In this document: positions 1 to 10,086 of the stretch, one piece after another
Numbering within the stretch: the stretch's first letter is position 1
How the letters are laid out: each line of letters opens with the position of its first letter
Virus record (IMG/VR): IMGVR_UViG_3300040758_000214
Location: 64,001 to 128,000 of that record
Length of the DNA stretch: 64,000 bases
Source: a virus
Direction: 5' to 3' (one strand)
Translations under genes and position numbers: made by a program
The notes under the pieces: generated by a model
The model's database searches: none
Told to the model about the DNA's origin: nothing
The model's input: the letters and a program-made list of their open reading frames with translations, nothing else

Positions 1-543
1 TTTAAATCTTTCCCAACCATATCTTATATATTGTCCTATACCAGATAAAGCTCTACCAATATTTTGTTTCATTCTTTCAGCTGCATTTCTAAATACATCT
101 GTTTCCATAAATTTAGCTGCAAAATATCCAAAGATAGGTGTTGATTGTGATAGAGCCATTGCAACCATATTTTGTTTATTAAAACTCACATCTTGACTTA
201 TAGCTCTACTATATTGAGCAATTGCATCTTTTGTAGATCTAGCGGTTGCGGATGTAATTTTTATAACACCTCTGGATAATGTATCAATGGTCATACTAAA
301 TTTACTTAATATTTTAGTTACAGATGATGTAACTTCTTTAACACTTCTATCATTATATCCGGCTTGGTCAATGTATTTATAACTCGATCCCATTGAGCCA
401 ATATTAGCGGAGGACCTATTAATATCTCTTCTGGTATCCATATTCATTCTATTAATATTCGCAGCGACAGAATTAATATTTGCTACTTCTGCTATTTCAG
501 CTTTGGATAATGTAGTCTTTACTGGTTTTTTTGGAGGAGCCAT
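1..543 (-). CDS. 5' part of a large probable virion structural protein (runs off window start)
   Basis: ATG at 543, open frame MAPPKKPVKTTLSKAEIAEVANINSV...RYGWERFK to position 1; Ala/Ser-rich helical composition; downstream of terminase. Confidence 0.55.
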   Translation of the reverse strand, partial: MAPPKKPVKTTLSKAEIAEVANINSVAANINRMNMDTRRDINRSSANIGSMGSSYKYIDQAGYNDRSVKEVTSSVTKILSKFSMTIDTLSRGVIKITSATARSTKDAIAQYSRAISQDVSFNKQNMVAMALSQSTPIFGYFAAKFMETDVFRNAAERMKQNIGRALSGIGQYIRYGWERFK

Positions 544-556
544 TCTTTATTTCCCC

Positions 557-1441
557 TTATGCTTTACTTGCTAAGAATGAAATCATTTTGTTATATTTAC
601 TAGATTTATCTGACTCTGATAATATACATATAACTTCTGAAGGAATAAATAATTCTTGAATATGAATTGATGGGACAATATTATTAAATTCTGATTTATA
701 TACGTCTTTAATAGGATCTAATATATCAGAATATTTAGATCTTGATTTAAGCATATCCATCATTCCATAATGAATATACATCATAACTACATTGCAATAT
801 TTAAGTAATAAATTTTCAAAATCATCTGTATTTAATTCTGTAATTTTAGAAAAGTTTTCAAATATTATTTCATATAATTTTCTCGTGCTATACATTCTGG
901 TTAACTCAAAATAATTATACATAAAATTAATAATATTTTTTGTTTCTTTTGTTATATCACCTTTTAACTTAAATACTTTTGTAAAATAAGGAACATAAAA
1001 TTTCAATAATGTTTCACCAAATAATGATATAAATTGTTTAGGATATTCACTTGAAAACATATGAGTTAATTCATGTATAGTTGTTTCTGCTAAAAAATCT
1101 GCATATTTTTGAGTTATAATATTTTCTTTATGGTCTATTAAAATACATATTTTTTTCTCTTCTGGTAAATAAAATCCTACAATATGTTTAGCTTCTGAAG
1201 GTAAATCTTTAAGTTCTAATTCAAATACTCTTAAGAAAACCTTCGTATAATAACACGGGATTAATTTCTTTTTTTCAACTAATCTTATATAATCATTAGC
1301 ATAAGGTTTACTTCTATTACCAATTTTAATAGCATCAATAAATTTTTTAGTTAAAGTTGAAGATGTGTATAAAGGATGATCATTATATTCTGCAACCTTT
1401 TTTAAACTTATATCTATAGCAAGTTCATTAATGTTATCCAT
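557..1441 (-). CDS. HExxH zincin-like metalloprotease-domain protein
   Basis: VGFY...TTIHELTHMF motif with downstream E (PSEVI). Confidence 0.5.
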   Translation of the reverse strand: MDNINELAIDISLKKVAEYNDHPLYTSSTLTKKFIDAIKIGNRSKPYANDYIRLVEKKKLIPCYYTKVFLRVFELELKDLPSEAKHIVGFYLPEEKKICILIDHKENIITQKYADFLAETTIHELTHMFSSEYPKQFISLFGETLLKFYVPYFTKVFKLKGDITKETKNIINFMYNYFELTRMYSTRKLYEIIFENFSKITELNTDDFENLLLKYCNVVMMYIHYGMMDMLKSRSKYSDILDPIKDVYKSEFNNIVPSIHIQELFIPSEVICILSESDKSSKYNKMISFLASKA

Positions 1442-1442
1442 G

Positions 1443-3092
1443 TTACTCCTGATTATATAAACTTAAAATATCTACAAAGCCTTGATGTTCATCTAAATGT
1501 TCTTTGATATCTTTTATTAATTTATCATTATCCATTTCACCAGAATAAACATCTTCATTCATTCCAATTATATCAGAGAATACACTTTCATATTCAACTG
1601 AATGTTGTAACACTAAAGGTGGATCCCATTTTCTTACATAAAAAGCGCAACCTGTTGCTAATGCTAAATCATCTTTACTTCCAATGTCAGCTTCAACTCT
1701 TCCTTTCTTTTCAGTTAAACCAATTAATTCTAATGCTAATCTTTTTGATTTTACAATTTCTGGGAACTCTGTAATGTAAGAATATAAGGAATCTATAATT
1801 AAAGGTCTTGTTTTACTATTATTACTTAACCCTCTTCTCATTTGGCTACCTTGAGTTTTAGATGTAGTGACTCTTGGATTAACAGCTCCTGCAACCTTTT
1901 CTTTATAAAGCATAATCATATATTCACTATTATCAATTTCTTCAGCAACATTATTTCCATAACCACATGTTGTTTCAATAACACAACATCCAGGATATGT
2001 AGAACATGCTAATTTAACAATTTTAGAAAAATCCATAACTTTACACTTTGTATGATATTCCCATACTTGTTCTAAAGTTTCATAATCCCAAACTGTTATA
2101 GCAGAAAAATCTCCTCCATATTCAGAAGCTGTATCAACTCCTATTAAATAAAATTTTCCTTGTATAGGTTTTTGAAATACCCATATTTCACCACCAAATA
2201 TTTTACTTTTTTCAATTGGATCTACAGTATTATTTTGTAATGATATAATCGTTTTTTCATCAAAGAATGATCCTTGTCCTGATAAGAACTTTAGATCAAG
2301 TTCCTGCATTATTTTCTTTTCATCATTACCTGCAAGTCTTCTTTGTGTTTCATACCATTCTGGATCTTCTGCTAATTCTTTAACATCTTTCCAATGTATA
2401 ATAAAATCTTTAAAGATATCAGTTTTGGCTACAGCTGAACAATATCTTTCATAGAACCATTTTCCTCTACCAATTGTCTTATTAGGAGTAGATAATATAA
2501 CAGTTCCATAAGGAATTCCAGCTTTTTTAGCTTGTCTATGATTTGTAGATAAAGTTGAAATCATCCCCGTCCATGCTTCATCCATATTTGAAATAAATGC
2601 TGCTTCATCTATTATTAATAATGTAATGGCTTTACCTCTAAATGTATTTTCTGGTTTTTGTGGGTTAACACAAGCGGTATAAGTCTTACATCCATTTTTT
2701 AATAAATAAGATTGCTCTGATTCTTTTGTATATTTAGGTCTCATCCACTCTGGTAATTTAGAAATCATAGATCTCATAAATCTAACAAAGTCTGTTGCTT
2801 CAGTAGGATTTTTAGAAAGAACTCCAATAACAACATTTTTGAAAAATACTTGGAGCCATACTCCATATACTTGAACAATTGTAGATATTCCAATTTGTCT
2901 TGATTTTAAAACTAATACATATTTCTCTATATCTATTGTATTAATTAATTCAATCTGAGGTTTATATGGACTAAATAATACATCACCTCCTGGTAATTCA
3001 AGATAAATATAATTTCTACAAAAGTATTCAAATGATGCTTTACATTTAAGAAATTCTTGTATACACCATTTCTTATCTATTTTAGTTGCCAT
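1443..3092 (-). CDS. terL: Terminase large subunit (T4 gp17-like)
   Basis: Walker A KSRQIGIST, Walker B LIIDEAAF, coupling motif LSTPN, RNase H nuclease IGVDTA..GGDFS and KDDLALA. Confidence 0.93.
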   Translation of the reverse strand: MATKIDKKWCIQEFLKCKASFEYFCRNYIYLELPGGDVLFSPYKPQIELINTIDIEKYVLVLKSRQIGISTIVQVYGVWLQVFFKNVVIGVLSKNPTEATDFVRFMRSMISKLPEWMRPKYTKESEQSYLLKNGCKTYTACVNPQKPENTFRGKAITLLIIDEAAFISNMDEAWTGMISTLSTNHRQAKKAGIPYGTVILSTPNKTIGRGKWFYERYCSAVAKTDIFKDFIIHWKDVKELAEDPEWYETQRRLAGNDEKKIMQELDLKFLSGQGSFFDEKTIISLQNNTVDPIEKSKIFGGEIWVFQKPIQGKFYLIGVDTASEYGGDFSAITVWDYETLEQVWEYHTKCKVMDFSKIVKLACSTYPGCCVIETTCGYGNNVAEEIDNSEYMIMLYKEKVAGAVNPRVTTSKTQGSQMRRGLSNNSKTRPLIIDSLYSYITEFPEIVKSKRLALELIGLTEKKGRVEADIGSKDDLALATGCAFYVRKWDPPLVLQHSVEYESVFSDIIGMNEDVYSGEMDNDKLIKDIKEHLDEHQGFVDILSLYNQE

Positions 3093-3140
3093 TCTTTTAT
3101 TTTAATTTCCTTTTAAAAATAGTATGAAGATCCTTCTAAT

Positions 3141-3150
3141 ATTTGTTCTA
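3141..3150 (-). promoter_or_regulatory. Candidate phage promoter TAGAACAAAT upstream of terminase
   Basis: TAGAACAWAT-like motif recurs upstream of genes at 4647-4656, 6617-6626, 57378-57387, 59777-59786. Confidence 0.5.
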
Positions 3151-3235
3151 AACTATTTTTAAGTATGGATTAATTTACTATATATATTAATACCTGAGAG
3201 TTGAGTTGTTATGTTATTTGTGTTAGGAGTAAAAA

Positions 3236-3307
3236 ATGTATCAATGGAATCTGCTTGTGTATGTTTGTATGAACTATGGAGATGTGGGAGTGCAACACAA
3301 CAAGTAA
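3236..3307 (+). CDS. Possible 23-aa opposite-strand small ORF (MYQWNLLVYVCMNYGDVGVQHNK)
   Basis: AGGAG SD just upstream, CTATATATATTAAT motif at 3178-3191, hairpin at 3341-3368 downstream. Confidence 0.3.
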   Translation: MYQWNLLVYVCMNYGDVGVQHNK

Positions 3308-3340
3308 GAGGGTAAAATAATTTATTTTATATATAGGCAA

Positions 3341-3368
3341 GGGAACTAGATTATTAAATCTAGTTCCC
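3341..3368. terminator. Intrinsic terminator-like hairpin
   Basis: GGGAACTAGATT-atta-AATCTAGTTCCC, 12-bp perfect stem after 3396..4628. Confidence 0.65.
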
Positions 3369-3395
3369 TATCGGGAATTTTTATTGTTAATTTTT

Positions 3396-4628
3396 TTAGC
3401 TTGATTGATTAGTTCTCATTAAATTAGTAATACAAGTCGTTTGCCATCCCCCGCCTTGTTTTTGAAAATTAATATCGCTTGACTTAAGAATATATTTTCC
3501 AGACAAATTTGTATGTTCAATAATTTTAGTGTTAAATTTAACTGACTCTCCTACATTTATTAATTGAAGGATAGGAAGATTTCTTTCAATTCCAACTATG
3601 ATAGTTGATAGATTTGAAATTTTTTTTGATATATTTGCTATAATTGAAGTATTTGAATTTTCATATCCAGTTTCATTTATTTCATATGTAATTCTATTTG
3701 ACAATTCTGGATCAAAATCTATGTTATTATTTTTTGATATAAGTCCATTTTTTTGGCATATAGTTTGTAAATCATTTTCTAATAATGTAAATAATTTATC
3801 ACTAGGTTTTGCTATAAATCTTGTAGTTTTTGATATAGTCGAAAATCTTTGATTTCCTACATAATTATTTTTAATTGGAGCATAAGTATAGAAGTTTTTA
3901 CCATCACTACATGTACTTATTATTTTAGAATTATCTTTATCATCTAATGCTAATTGATATATTGTAAATGTTTGATTTTTATTCATTTTGGATGCTAAAT
4001 TTTTTATGTATAATTTATTATCATACTGACAAAATATAATACTGGCTCCGGAGTATAATCCAAATTTTTCATCCAAATATTGAATTGTTTTATATAATGT
4101 AGTTGGAGGAATTAATACTTGATCAATTATTTGAGTATTCTCTCCATCACTATCATATATTAAAGTTGAATTTGATTTCTTGCATAGATCTTGAATTATT
4201 TGTCTTAATGTTTGATTAAGATATACATTGTTTACATGATTAGTTATAGTCTTAAAAGGTTTTCTTGGAATAGTTATAATATTAATTAAAGTTCTATCAA
4301 TTTGTTTATTTTGTGATAATTGATCTTTATTAGTTATACTATAATCATTTCTTATCATCATCAATTCAAAGTCCAATTGTTCTGATACAAAAGATTGTTC
4401 TCTAGTTAATTTAATTGATAATTTAATAGGATCTTGACCATATAATTTAGTAAGAATAATATCATTTGAATCCATAAATAATTCGAGATTAAGTATTTGA
4501 TAAGGAGAATTAATAGATGAAACTAATCTTACTCTATTCAAATCTGCAGAATAATCTTTATCTTTTATTCGTAAAGATATATAGTATTGAACCTTATCAA
4601 ATGACGCACCCTTAATAATATTAGACAT
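3396..4628 (-). CDS. Probable baseplate hub / tail structural protein
   Basis: 410 aa beta-rich; hub-like ending (VGESVKF...LSGKYILKSSDINF); next to terminase. Confidence 0.45.
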   Translation of the reverse strand: MSNIIKGASFDKVQYYISLRIKDKDYSADLNRVRLVSSINSPYQILNLELFMDSNDIILTKLYGQDPIKLSIKLTREQSFVSEQLDFELMMIRNDYSITNKDQLSQNKQIDRTLINIITIPRKPFKTITNHVNNVYLNQTLRQIIQDLCKKSNSTLIYDSDGENTQIIDQVLIPPTTLYKTIQYLDEKFGLYSGASIIFCQYDNKLYIKNLASKMNKNQTFTIYQLALDDKDNSKIISTCSDGKNFYTYAPIKNNYVGNQRFSTISKTTRFIAKPSDKLFTLLENDLQTICQKNGLISKNNNIDFDPELSNRITYEINETGYENSNTSIIANISKKISNLSTIIVGIERNLPILQLINVGESVKFNTKIIEHTNLSGKYILKSSDINFQKQGGGWQTTCITNLMRTNQSS

Positions 4629-4712
4629 ATAATTCTCCTCTTTAATATATGTTCTAAAAATAGAACCAAAAAAAAACAGAGAGGGTTTAATTAGCTCTCT
4701 GTTTATTAAACT

Positions 4713-5072
4713 TTATTTCTTTGATCTTTCTATTGTAACAGCAACATGAATTGCCATATCCAAGCCTTCTTTAGTAGGTTCAATTCTAAGAAATGGACTT
4801 TTCTTATTTGGATTATTACAAAAATGTGGGTCGATACTCCCTTGTATTTTTAAATTATCTAATGTAGTATTCTTATACAACATTATCTTATGTCCTTCAT
4901 AATTCTTACAATCAGGATAACATATCTCCAATATTAAAGTCGACCCTACTTGTGTTGAGGATATAATTTCATAATTATTAGGATCAGGATTTGGGAGATA
5001 TATTTTTCTTATCTTTCTTTCATGTGGTTCTTCGTAAGTACTTGCAGATCTATTAAATAATCTAATTCCCAT
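4713..5072 (-). CDS. Hypothetical phage protein
   Basis: ORF with SD; YPDCKNYEGHKI...DPHF motif typical of large-phage hypotheticals. Confidence 0.6.
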   Translation of the reverse strand: MGIRLFNRSASTYEEPHERKIRKIYLPNPDPNNYEIISSTQVGSTLILEICYPDCKNYEGHKIMLYKNTTLDNLKIQGSIDPHFCNNPNKKSPFLRIEPTKEGLDMAIHVAVTIERSKK

Positions 5073-5085
5073 AATAAATCACCTT

Positions 5086-5331
5086 TTATCTAATTCTCCA
5101 ACAGCGTATTCCTTCAGGAACAGTTCTAGTAGTGAATACATAAGGACTATTCCTTCTAGCCTCTGCTAATATTCTTGTTTGAATCATTTTTCTGTGATAT
5201 GTATTATTACTTTCACAATTTATAAGAAATGAATCATTTCTTTCCATGATCTGAAAGGGATAAATACTGGGAGTTCTTCTTCGATTTCGGTTAATTGGCG
5301 GAATGTAAATATTCTTTTCAATTTCAATCAT
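5086..5331 (-). CDS. Small basic DNA-binding-like protein
   Basis: YPF..ME..DSF and FTTRTVPEGIRCWR pattern. Confidence 0.5.
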   Translation of the reverse strand: MIEIEKNIYIPPINRNRRRTPSIYPFQIMERNDSFLINCESNNTYHRKMIQTRILAEARRNSPYVFTTRTVPEGIRCWRIR

Positions 5332-5348
5332 TCAATTCTCCTTTATTT

Positions 5349-5472
5349 TATTTGGTGGCTCGGTTTCTTTCGCACTTCGTTTACAGAACCTTTACGATAG
5401 AAGGTGTAGGGCTTACACGAACTTAAACCGACTGTAACCCGGACCGATAGTTTTGTCTGACACCACCAAATA
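5349..5472 (-). ncRNA. Candidate ~120-nt structured RNA
   Basis: GC-rich intergenic island closed by 10-bp stem TATTTGGTGG/CCACCAAATA; nested TCGGTTT/AAACCGA, TTCGT/ACGAA and two hairpins. Confidence 0.55.
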
Positions 5473-5477
5473 TTTAT

Positions 5478-6542
5478 TTAGTTTGAAGGATTCAAAATGG
5501 CTAATGCATCTGTAATTTGGGATGGAATTACAAGAACACGTTCTGCAACATCTTCCATTAGAAGTTTAGCATTAATATTCTTTTCAAGGGTTGAAAATTT
5601 ACAAATAGCATTAAACAATTTCCAAGATGAAAGTGTTTCCCCTTCATTTACAACAGTTGAAAGATAATTGGAAATATCAACTCTTCTTTTCTTTCCAACT
5701 TTTTCAATTAAATCCATCATTCTTAAAAGATCATCATCTGTTACTGGAGTATTAAAATTAGTCTGGATTAAACTCAATGCATTCTGAGAAAATGCTTGTA
5801 CATAATTTCCAACCGCCGCAGATAATTCACTATGAGCTGATGTTAAATGAATTTGACGAATTGAACTAAGTTTATTTCTAAATCCAAAAGAAATAGATTT
5901 TTCATCACCTTCTAAAACTACAAACCCAAATGAGATTGTAATAGCTTTACGCCCATTATAACTATTTGTTACAATTACTTCTGGATATACATCCCCAACC
6001 TGAGGAATATTGGATACATTTTGAATAACCATTTCATGATACATATAATCCAATGTTGGAGGAATCATAGTATATTCTCTAAATATTGGAGTCTGTATTT
6101 CAGAAATCATTTCTCTAATTTTATTATTTAATGTATCATTGCCTGTAAATTGATAATTATTAGAAACTATACATACATATTTTGGATTACTTGTTTCTTC
6201 ATTTTCTCCTGCGATTGGTCTGGTATATAATCCTAAGAAAGGTACATCAATACTATCAATGGTTTTTAACTCTTTATAAAACACCTCACCAAAAGAATCT
6301 CTATAATTATAAATTCCTGGTTCTGTTAAAGTTAAACCCATTTCTTCATATGCTTCATTGAATTTTCTGTGCGTTGATGTCGTAGTCGGTGATTGCTGTG
6401 TATCACCTTCAGTAGCTTCACCTTGCTCAATTAAATTATTAATAATATCACTTGCTCTGGTTAAATTTTCATTAATCACTGGTTCATTAATTTCTTGAGT
6501 TGGATCTAAATTAATTGCAGTTTCTTCCATTTTATTCTCCAT
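5478..6542 (-). CDS. DUF932-like protein with acidic N-terminal extension
   Basis: IVSNNYQ and VIVTNSYNGRKAI..SFG resemble DUF932 NSxDG motif. Confidence 0.5.
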   Translation of the reverse strand: MENKMEETAINLDPTQEINEPVINENLTRASDIINNLIEQGEATEGDTQQSPTTTSTHRKFNEAYEEMGLTLTEPGIYNYRDSFGEVFYKELKTIDSIDVPFLGLYTRPIAGENEETSNPKYVCIVSNNYQFTGNDTLNNKIREMISEIQTPIFREYTMIPPTLDYMYHEMVIQNVSNIPQVGDVYPEVIVTNSYNGRKAITISFGFVVLEGDEKSISFGFRNKLSSIRQIHLTSAHSELSAAVGNYVQAFSQNALSLIQTNFNTPVTDDDLLRMMDLIEKVGKKRRVDISNYLSTVVNEGETLSSWKLFNAICKFSTLEKNINAKLLMEDVAERVLVIPSQITDALAILNPSN

Positions 6543-6688
6543 TAGGTTAGTTGTTAATTCTCAAAAATGAATACCACTTTTCACATGTAGGGCATTTCCA
6601 TAGTTTATATGATTTTATTTGTTCTATTGTTGGATACTGTTCTTCAAAAATTGGATCGTAATGTTCACAGGTTGTCATTATATTATTC

Positions 6689-7378
6689 TCATTTATTTAA
6701 TAGAATTGGAGCTACTTTATAAAATCCAGATAAACGAATTATTAAAGTATCAATTCTATCTTCTAAATCACCGATTTTTTCTTCTTGAAATCTTTGATGT
6801 GATTCACTTCCTTCAACTGTAATTCCCTGATCATTTGTATAACTTGTAGATGTATTTATTGTATTATGAACTGAGGTTAGTGTTACCGGAGATGTATGAA
6901 TTCCATTAAAGAATGATTCACTTGTTATAACATAAGAATCACTATATTCAATAATTGGGTCTTTACTTTTTTCATATTGAGCTGTTATAATAATTAGACC
7001 ATCCTCTTCTTTATCTTTTCTATGTTTTCTAACTTCAGAATCTTTTTCTATAAATTTAAATTTATTACCTTTGGATAAATTTCCATTATCAAGAAATCGT
7101 TCTAATTCAATAGATTCTCCTTTTCTTAGTATAAGTCCATCACTGGTTACAGATCTTCCATCTATACTAATTTTTACTAAAGCTCTTCTATTCTCATCTG
7201 TGTTATTTAATTTGATTTTATATTCCTCATCGAATGGAAGTTTTACACTAATATTTTTGGAATCTTTATTATCGTTATAAGTCATTCCTCCATTAGGAAT
7301 ATAAACTTTAACTATAGCAAATGAATAAACAGGAATTAAAAGAATAGAAAGAATTAACGAAAAGATTATTTTGTTCAT
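6689..7378 (-). CDS. Secreted/periplasmic beta-sandwich protein
   Basis: Signal peptide; EYKIKLNN...ALVKISIDG motif. Confidence 0.55.
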   Translation of the reverse strand: MNKIIFSLILSILLIPVYSFAIVKVYIPNGGMTYNDNKDSKNISVKLPFDEEYKIKLNNTDENRRALVKISIDGRSVTSDGLILRKGESIELERFLDNGNLSKGNKFKFIEKDSEVRKHRKDKEEDGLIIITAQYEKSKDPIIEYSDSYVITSESFFNGIHTSPVTLTSVHNTINTSTSYTNDQGITVEGSESHQRFQEEKIGDLEDRIDTLIIRLSGFYKVAPILLNK

Positions 7379-7391
7379 ATTTTAAATCTCC

Positions 7392-7667
7392 TTACTTCTT
7401 TTTAGGATCTTTAGCTTTGTCAACTGCGGATTTTAATTTTGCATCTTCTTCAGTTTTAGCTATAGCATCTAATTTTGCTTTGGTTTCTTCTGAGTCTTTT
7501 TGAAGTTGGGTATACTCATTTTTTATAGATGTAAATTGATTGTCTAAAACTTGCATACGATTAATATCATACGCATAACGATATGATAACAATTCTTTTT
7601 CATCCGCAGCTTTAGCTATTCCTGCAATCCCAATTATCAATAATGCTGCAATAAATAATTTTTTCAT
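7392..7667 (-). CDS. Small exported coiled-coil protein
   Basis: Signal peptide (AKA-A) plus heptad-rich body. Confidence 0.55.
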   Translation of the reverse strand: MKKLFIAALLIIGIAGIAKAADEKELLSYRYAYDINRMQVLDNQFTSIKNEYTQLQKDSEETKAKLDAIAKTEEDAKLKSAVDKAKDPKKK

Positions 7668-7821
7668 TTTTGTTTCTCCTTTTTTTAGTTTAAAATTTGA
7701 TATGTTATAAATCCAGCAACCAAAATTCCTAAAATTAACCCATACGATGTTACAGTTTTACTAATTCCTAACATTCCCACAAAAATCCATACTCCAGCAA
7801 TAGCAATACCTGTTCCAATTG

Positions 7822-8613
7822 TCATATGAACTCCAAAACTATACTTTCTGTAAATGGTTTAATATAATAATCAAAGTACTTTTGTTTATCAATATCATCA
7901 GTACATAAAATATTAGCAGTTGATTGTGTTATTTCAATTTCTCCATATCTTTTTAAGAATACATTAAATTTATTATCATCTATTGGAATACAGAATAATA
8001 ATGGATCTTCTGAATATAAAAGTTCATCTTTAATTTTTTGTAAACTTTTAAATAATGAAACTTTATCAAGATAATTTATATTTAATATTTTCTTATACAT
8101 ATTATCCATTTCAGAATATTTATGAGAAACTCCTTTAACAAAATATTGATTTTTATCTTTGGCAATATATTTAGATCTATCTATAGAAATTATAAAAACT
8201 TCAAATACATTTTTCAATTCTAAATTTAAGTGATAATCAGTTTTAGTTAATAATCTCTTTATTATAATCCCATCATATTGCCTTATGATTAAATCATCTT
8301 CTAAAATTTCATTTCTCAATAAATATTCTGAAATTGTAGAATTGGTAATATCTCTTAGAACAGAAGTTATTTTTGGATTATCTCGCATCAACAAACCAAT
8401 TTGTGTATTTCTCACTTCCTTATCATTTTCATTTATATTCGACATATTAAATCCAAGACTTTTTAATATTGAATAGTGGCAATGAGAAATATCATAAGAA
8501 TATATTTGTTGAAGGAATAGTTTACAGTTACGATTGATTTCCATAATCAATTCTTCCAGCTGGGATAACTTCACCTTGTATAATTTTAGGTTCATATGAC
8601 AATTCAGCTTCAA
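7822..8613 (-). CDS. Family-B DNA polymerase catalytic (palm)-like subunit; true start probably MEINRN near 8544
   Basis: Motif A-like YSYDISHCHYSIL, B-like RNTQIGLL, C-like IRQYDGII, KYI and VKGV, C-terminal DIDKQKYFDYYIKP. Confidence 0.6.
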   Translation of the reverse strand: MKLNCHMNLKLYKVKLSQLEELIMEINRNCKLFLQQIYSYDISHCHYSILKSLGFNMSNINENDKEVRNTQIGLLMRDNPKITSVLRDITNSTISEYLLRNEILEDDLIIRQYDGIIIKRLLTKTDYHLNLELKNVFEVFIISIDRSKYIAKDKNQYFVKGVSHKYSEMDNMYKKILNINYLDKVSLFKSLQKIKDELLYSEDPLLFCIPIDDNKFNVFLKRYGEIEITQSTANILCTDDIDKQKYFDYYIKPFTESIVLEFI

Positions 8614-8776
8614 CCCAAAAACAATTCACTAATCCATCAAGATCTTCTAACGTATAATCCATACTTTCTTTTTCTGTTTCTTTTGAAGATCCTGCAGATG
8701 ACCATTCACCGTTTTCATTTATTGATACTGCTATTTTTATTTTTGTAGTTGTTGTTTTAACTTTTATAGGTTCCAT
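8528..8776 (-). CDS. Hypothetical protein
   Basis: ORF with SD (AAAGGA). Confidence 0.55.
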   Translation of the reverse strand: MEPIKVKTTTTKIKIAVSINENGEWSSAGSSKETEKESMDYTLEDLDGLVNCFWVEAELSYEPKIIQGEVIPAGRIDYGNQS

Positions 8777-8788
8777 GTATTATCCTTT

Positions 8789-9550
8789 CTAATTCTCATT
8801 AAATACATACATCAAAGTATCATCTATTAATAAGAGATGATTAATATCAATAACTCCAATTTCTCTTTCATTAAACCAAGTAACTAAATCTTGATTGGTT
8901 GAAATTTTAGATACATATTTCTGTAATTGTTTATAAAGAAGTTGAGCAGGTTCAATGTTTGCAGGATTAGGTAATTTATTAAGAATACTTTGAGCATCAG
9001 GAAGAACCAATTCAACAACATCTTCTGACTTCTTCATTTTTGTTTTTGCATAAGGAATTAGATTTCCACTCCCATCTTCTATACAAAATACATTTATCAA
9101 TCCTGTTTTAACTCCATATGATTTAATAAAGATATTATTATAAGGAGCTGGTGCACGATAAATAATCCTAAAAATATCATGATTAAATATATTCATTTTT
9201 TCAGGTGAGAAATTCATAACTTTTCTCGATGAAGTTTCTTTGAATATAAATATATCTCTTACTTCTTCATTATCAGCATCTATAGGAAATGAAAAAGCCA
9301 TTGTGTCTCTTGGATCAATTCCCCTTATAGTTAATCTTGTTGAAAATACATGCATTTGTTCAATTCTTGCTTTATTGGATTCAAACCAATCGACTAATGG
9401 GACTGTAGTTAATTGAGGTGCACTTTGATTATTCTCTGTAGTTTCCCTCTGTACTTCAGTTTCTTCTGGTTGAATCATATTCTCTCCCGCGTGATTTGCA
9501 TTAGTATCATCTTCCATATTCTTAATCATCTCAGCTAAATTTTCAGTCAT
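8789..9550 (-). CDS. Hypothetical protein
   Basis: 253-aa ORF, strong SD AAGGAG. Confidence 0.7.
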   Translation of the reverse strand: MTENLAEMIKNMEDDTNANHAGENMIQPEETEVQRETTENNQSAPQLTTVPLVDWFESNKARIEQMHVFSTRLTIRGIDPRDTMAFSFPIDADNEEVRDIFIFKETSSRKVMNFSPEKMNIFNHDIFRIIYRAPAPYNNIFIKSYGVKTGLINVFCIEDGSGNLIPYAKTKMKKSEDVVELVLPDAQSILNKLPNPANIEPAQLLYKQLQKYVSKISTNQDLVTWFNEREIGVIDINHLLLIDDTLMYVFNEN

Positions 9551-10086
9551 TTTTACTTTCTCCTTTAGGTTAGTTAATCAAAATCAGAATCTTCATATTC
9601 TATTCTTCCCTTACATCCATTTGAACTATTTGTAAATCCTGCAGTGCATGGTTCACCATTTTCTGGATATTTTGGTCTAAAACCAGATCGTCTTTCATTA
9701 AGTACAAATTCTTCTTTAGTAACTTTTTTTTCTTCTTGATCATAAAATTTTATAAAATATTTCATTTAGAATCCTTTAAGGCATCAATCTCTCTTTTATT
9801 ACATTCAATTTTAAGTCCATATGGTCTGGTACAACATCCTGGTCTACAATCTAAAACATATCGATCTTCCCAAGGGTCTTTAATTATTTTTTTTAACTTT
9901 ACATTTATGCTCGGCAATAATAATTATATCATTCTTTTCCATATTAATATGATCCTTGACATGGTTGAGCACTAAAACGATTTTTACCATCATTTTTATA
10001 TACAACTTCGTATTCAATTCCTTCAACCATAAATTTCTTACCTATTTCAGGAAGTTTAGGTTTTTCTTTGTCTGACTTTTTAATAA

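Noticed and set aside
5349-5472. 5S rRNA or SRP RNA identity for the 120-nt element
   Set aside because: Size and terminal stem fit, but 5S loop motifs and the SRP GGAA/AGCAG domain are absent
9762-9942. Small gene (MEKNDIII...KGSK-like) broken at an A8 run, and the G7 break at 18695-18701, as programmed frameshifting or phase variation
   Set aside because: Both are single extra bases in homopolymers with no stimulatory structure; sequencing/assembly error is the simpler explanation until reads are checked
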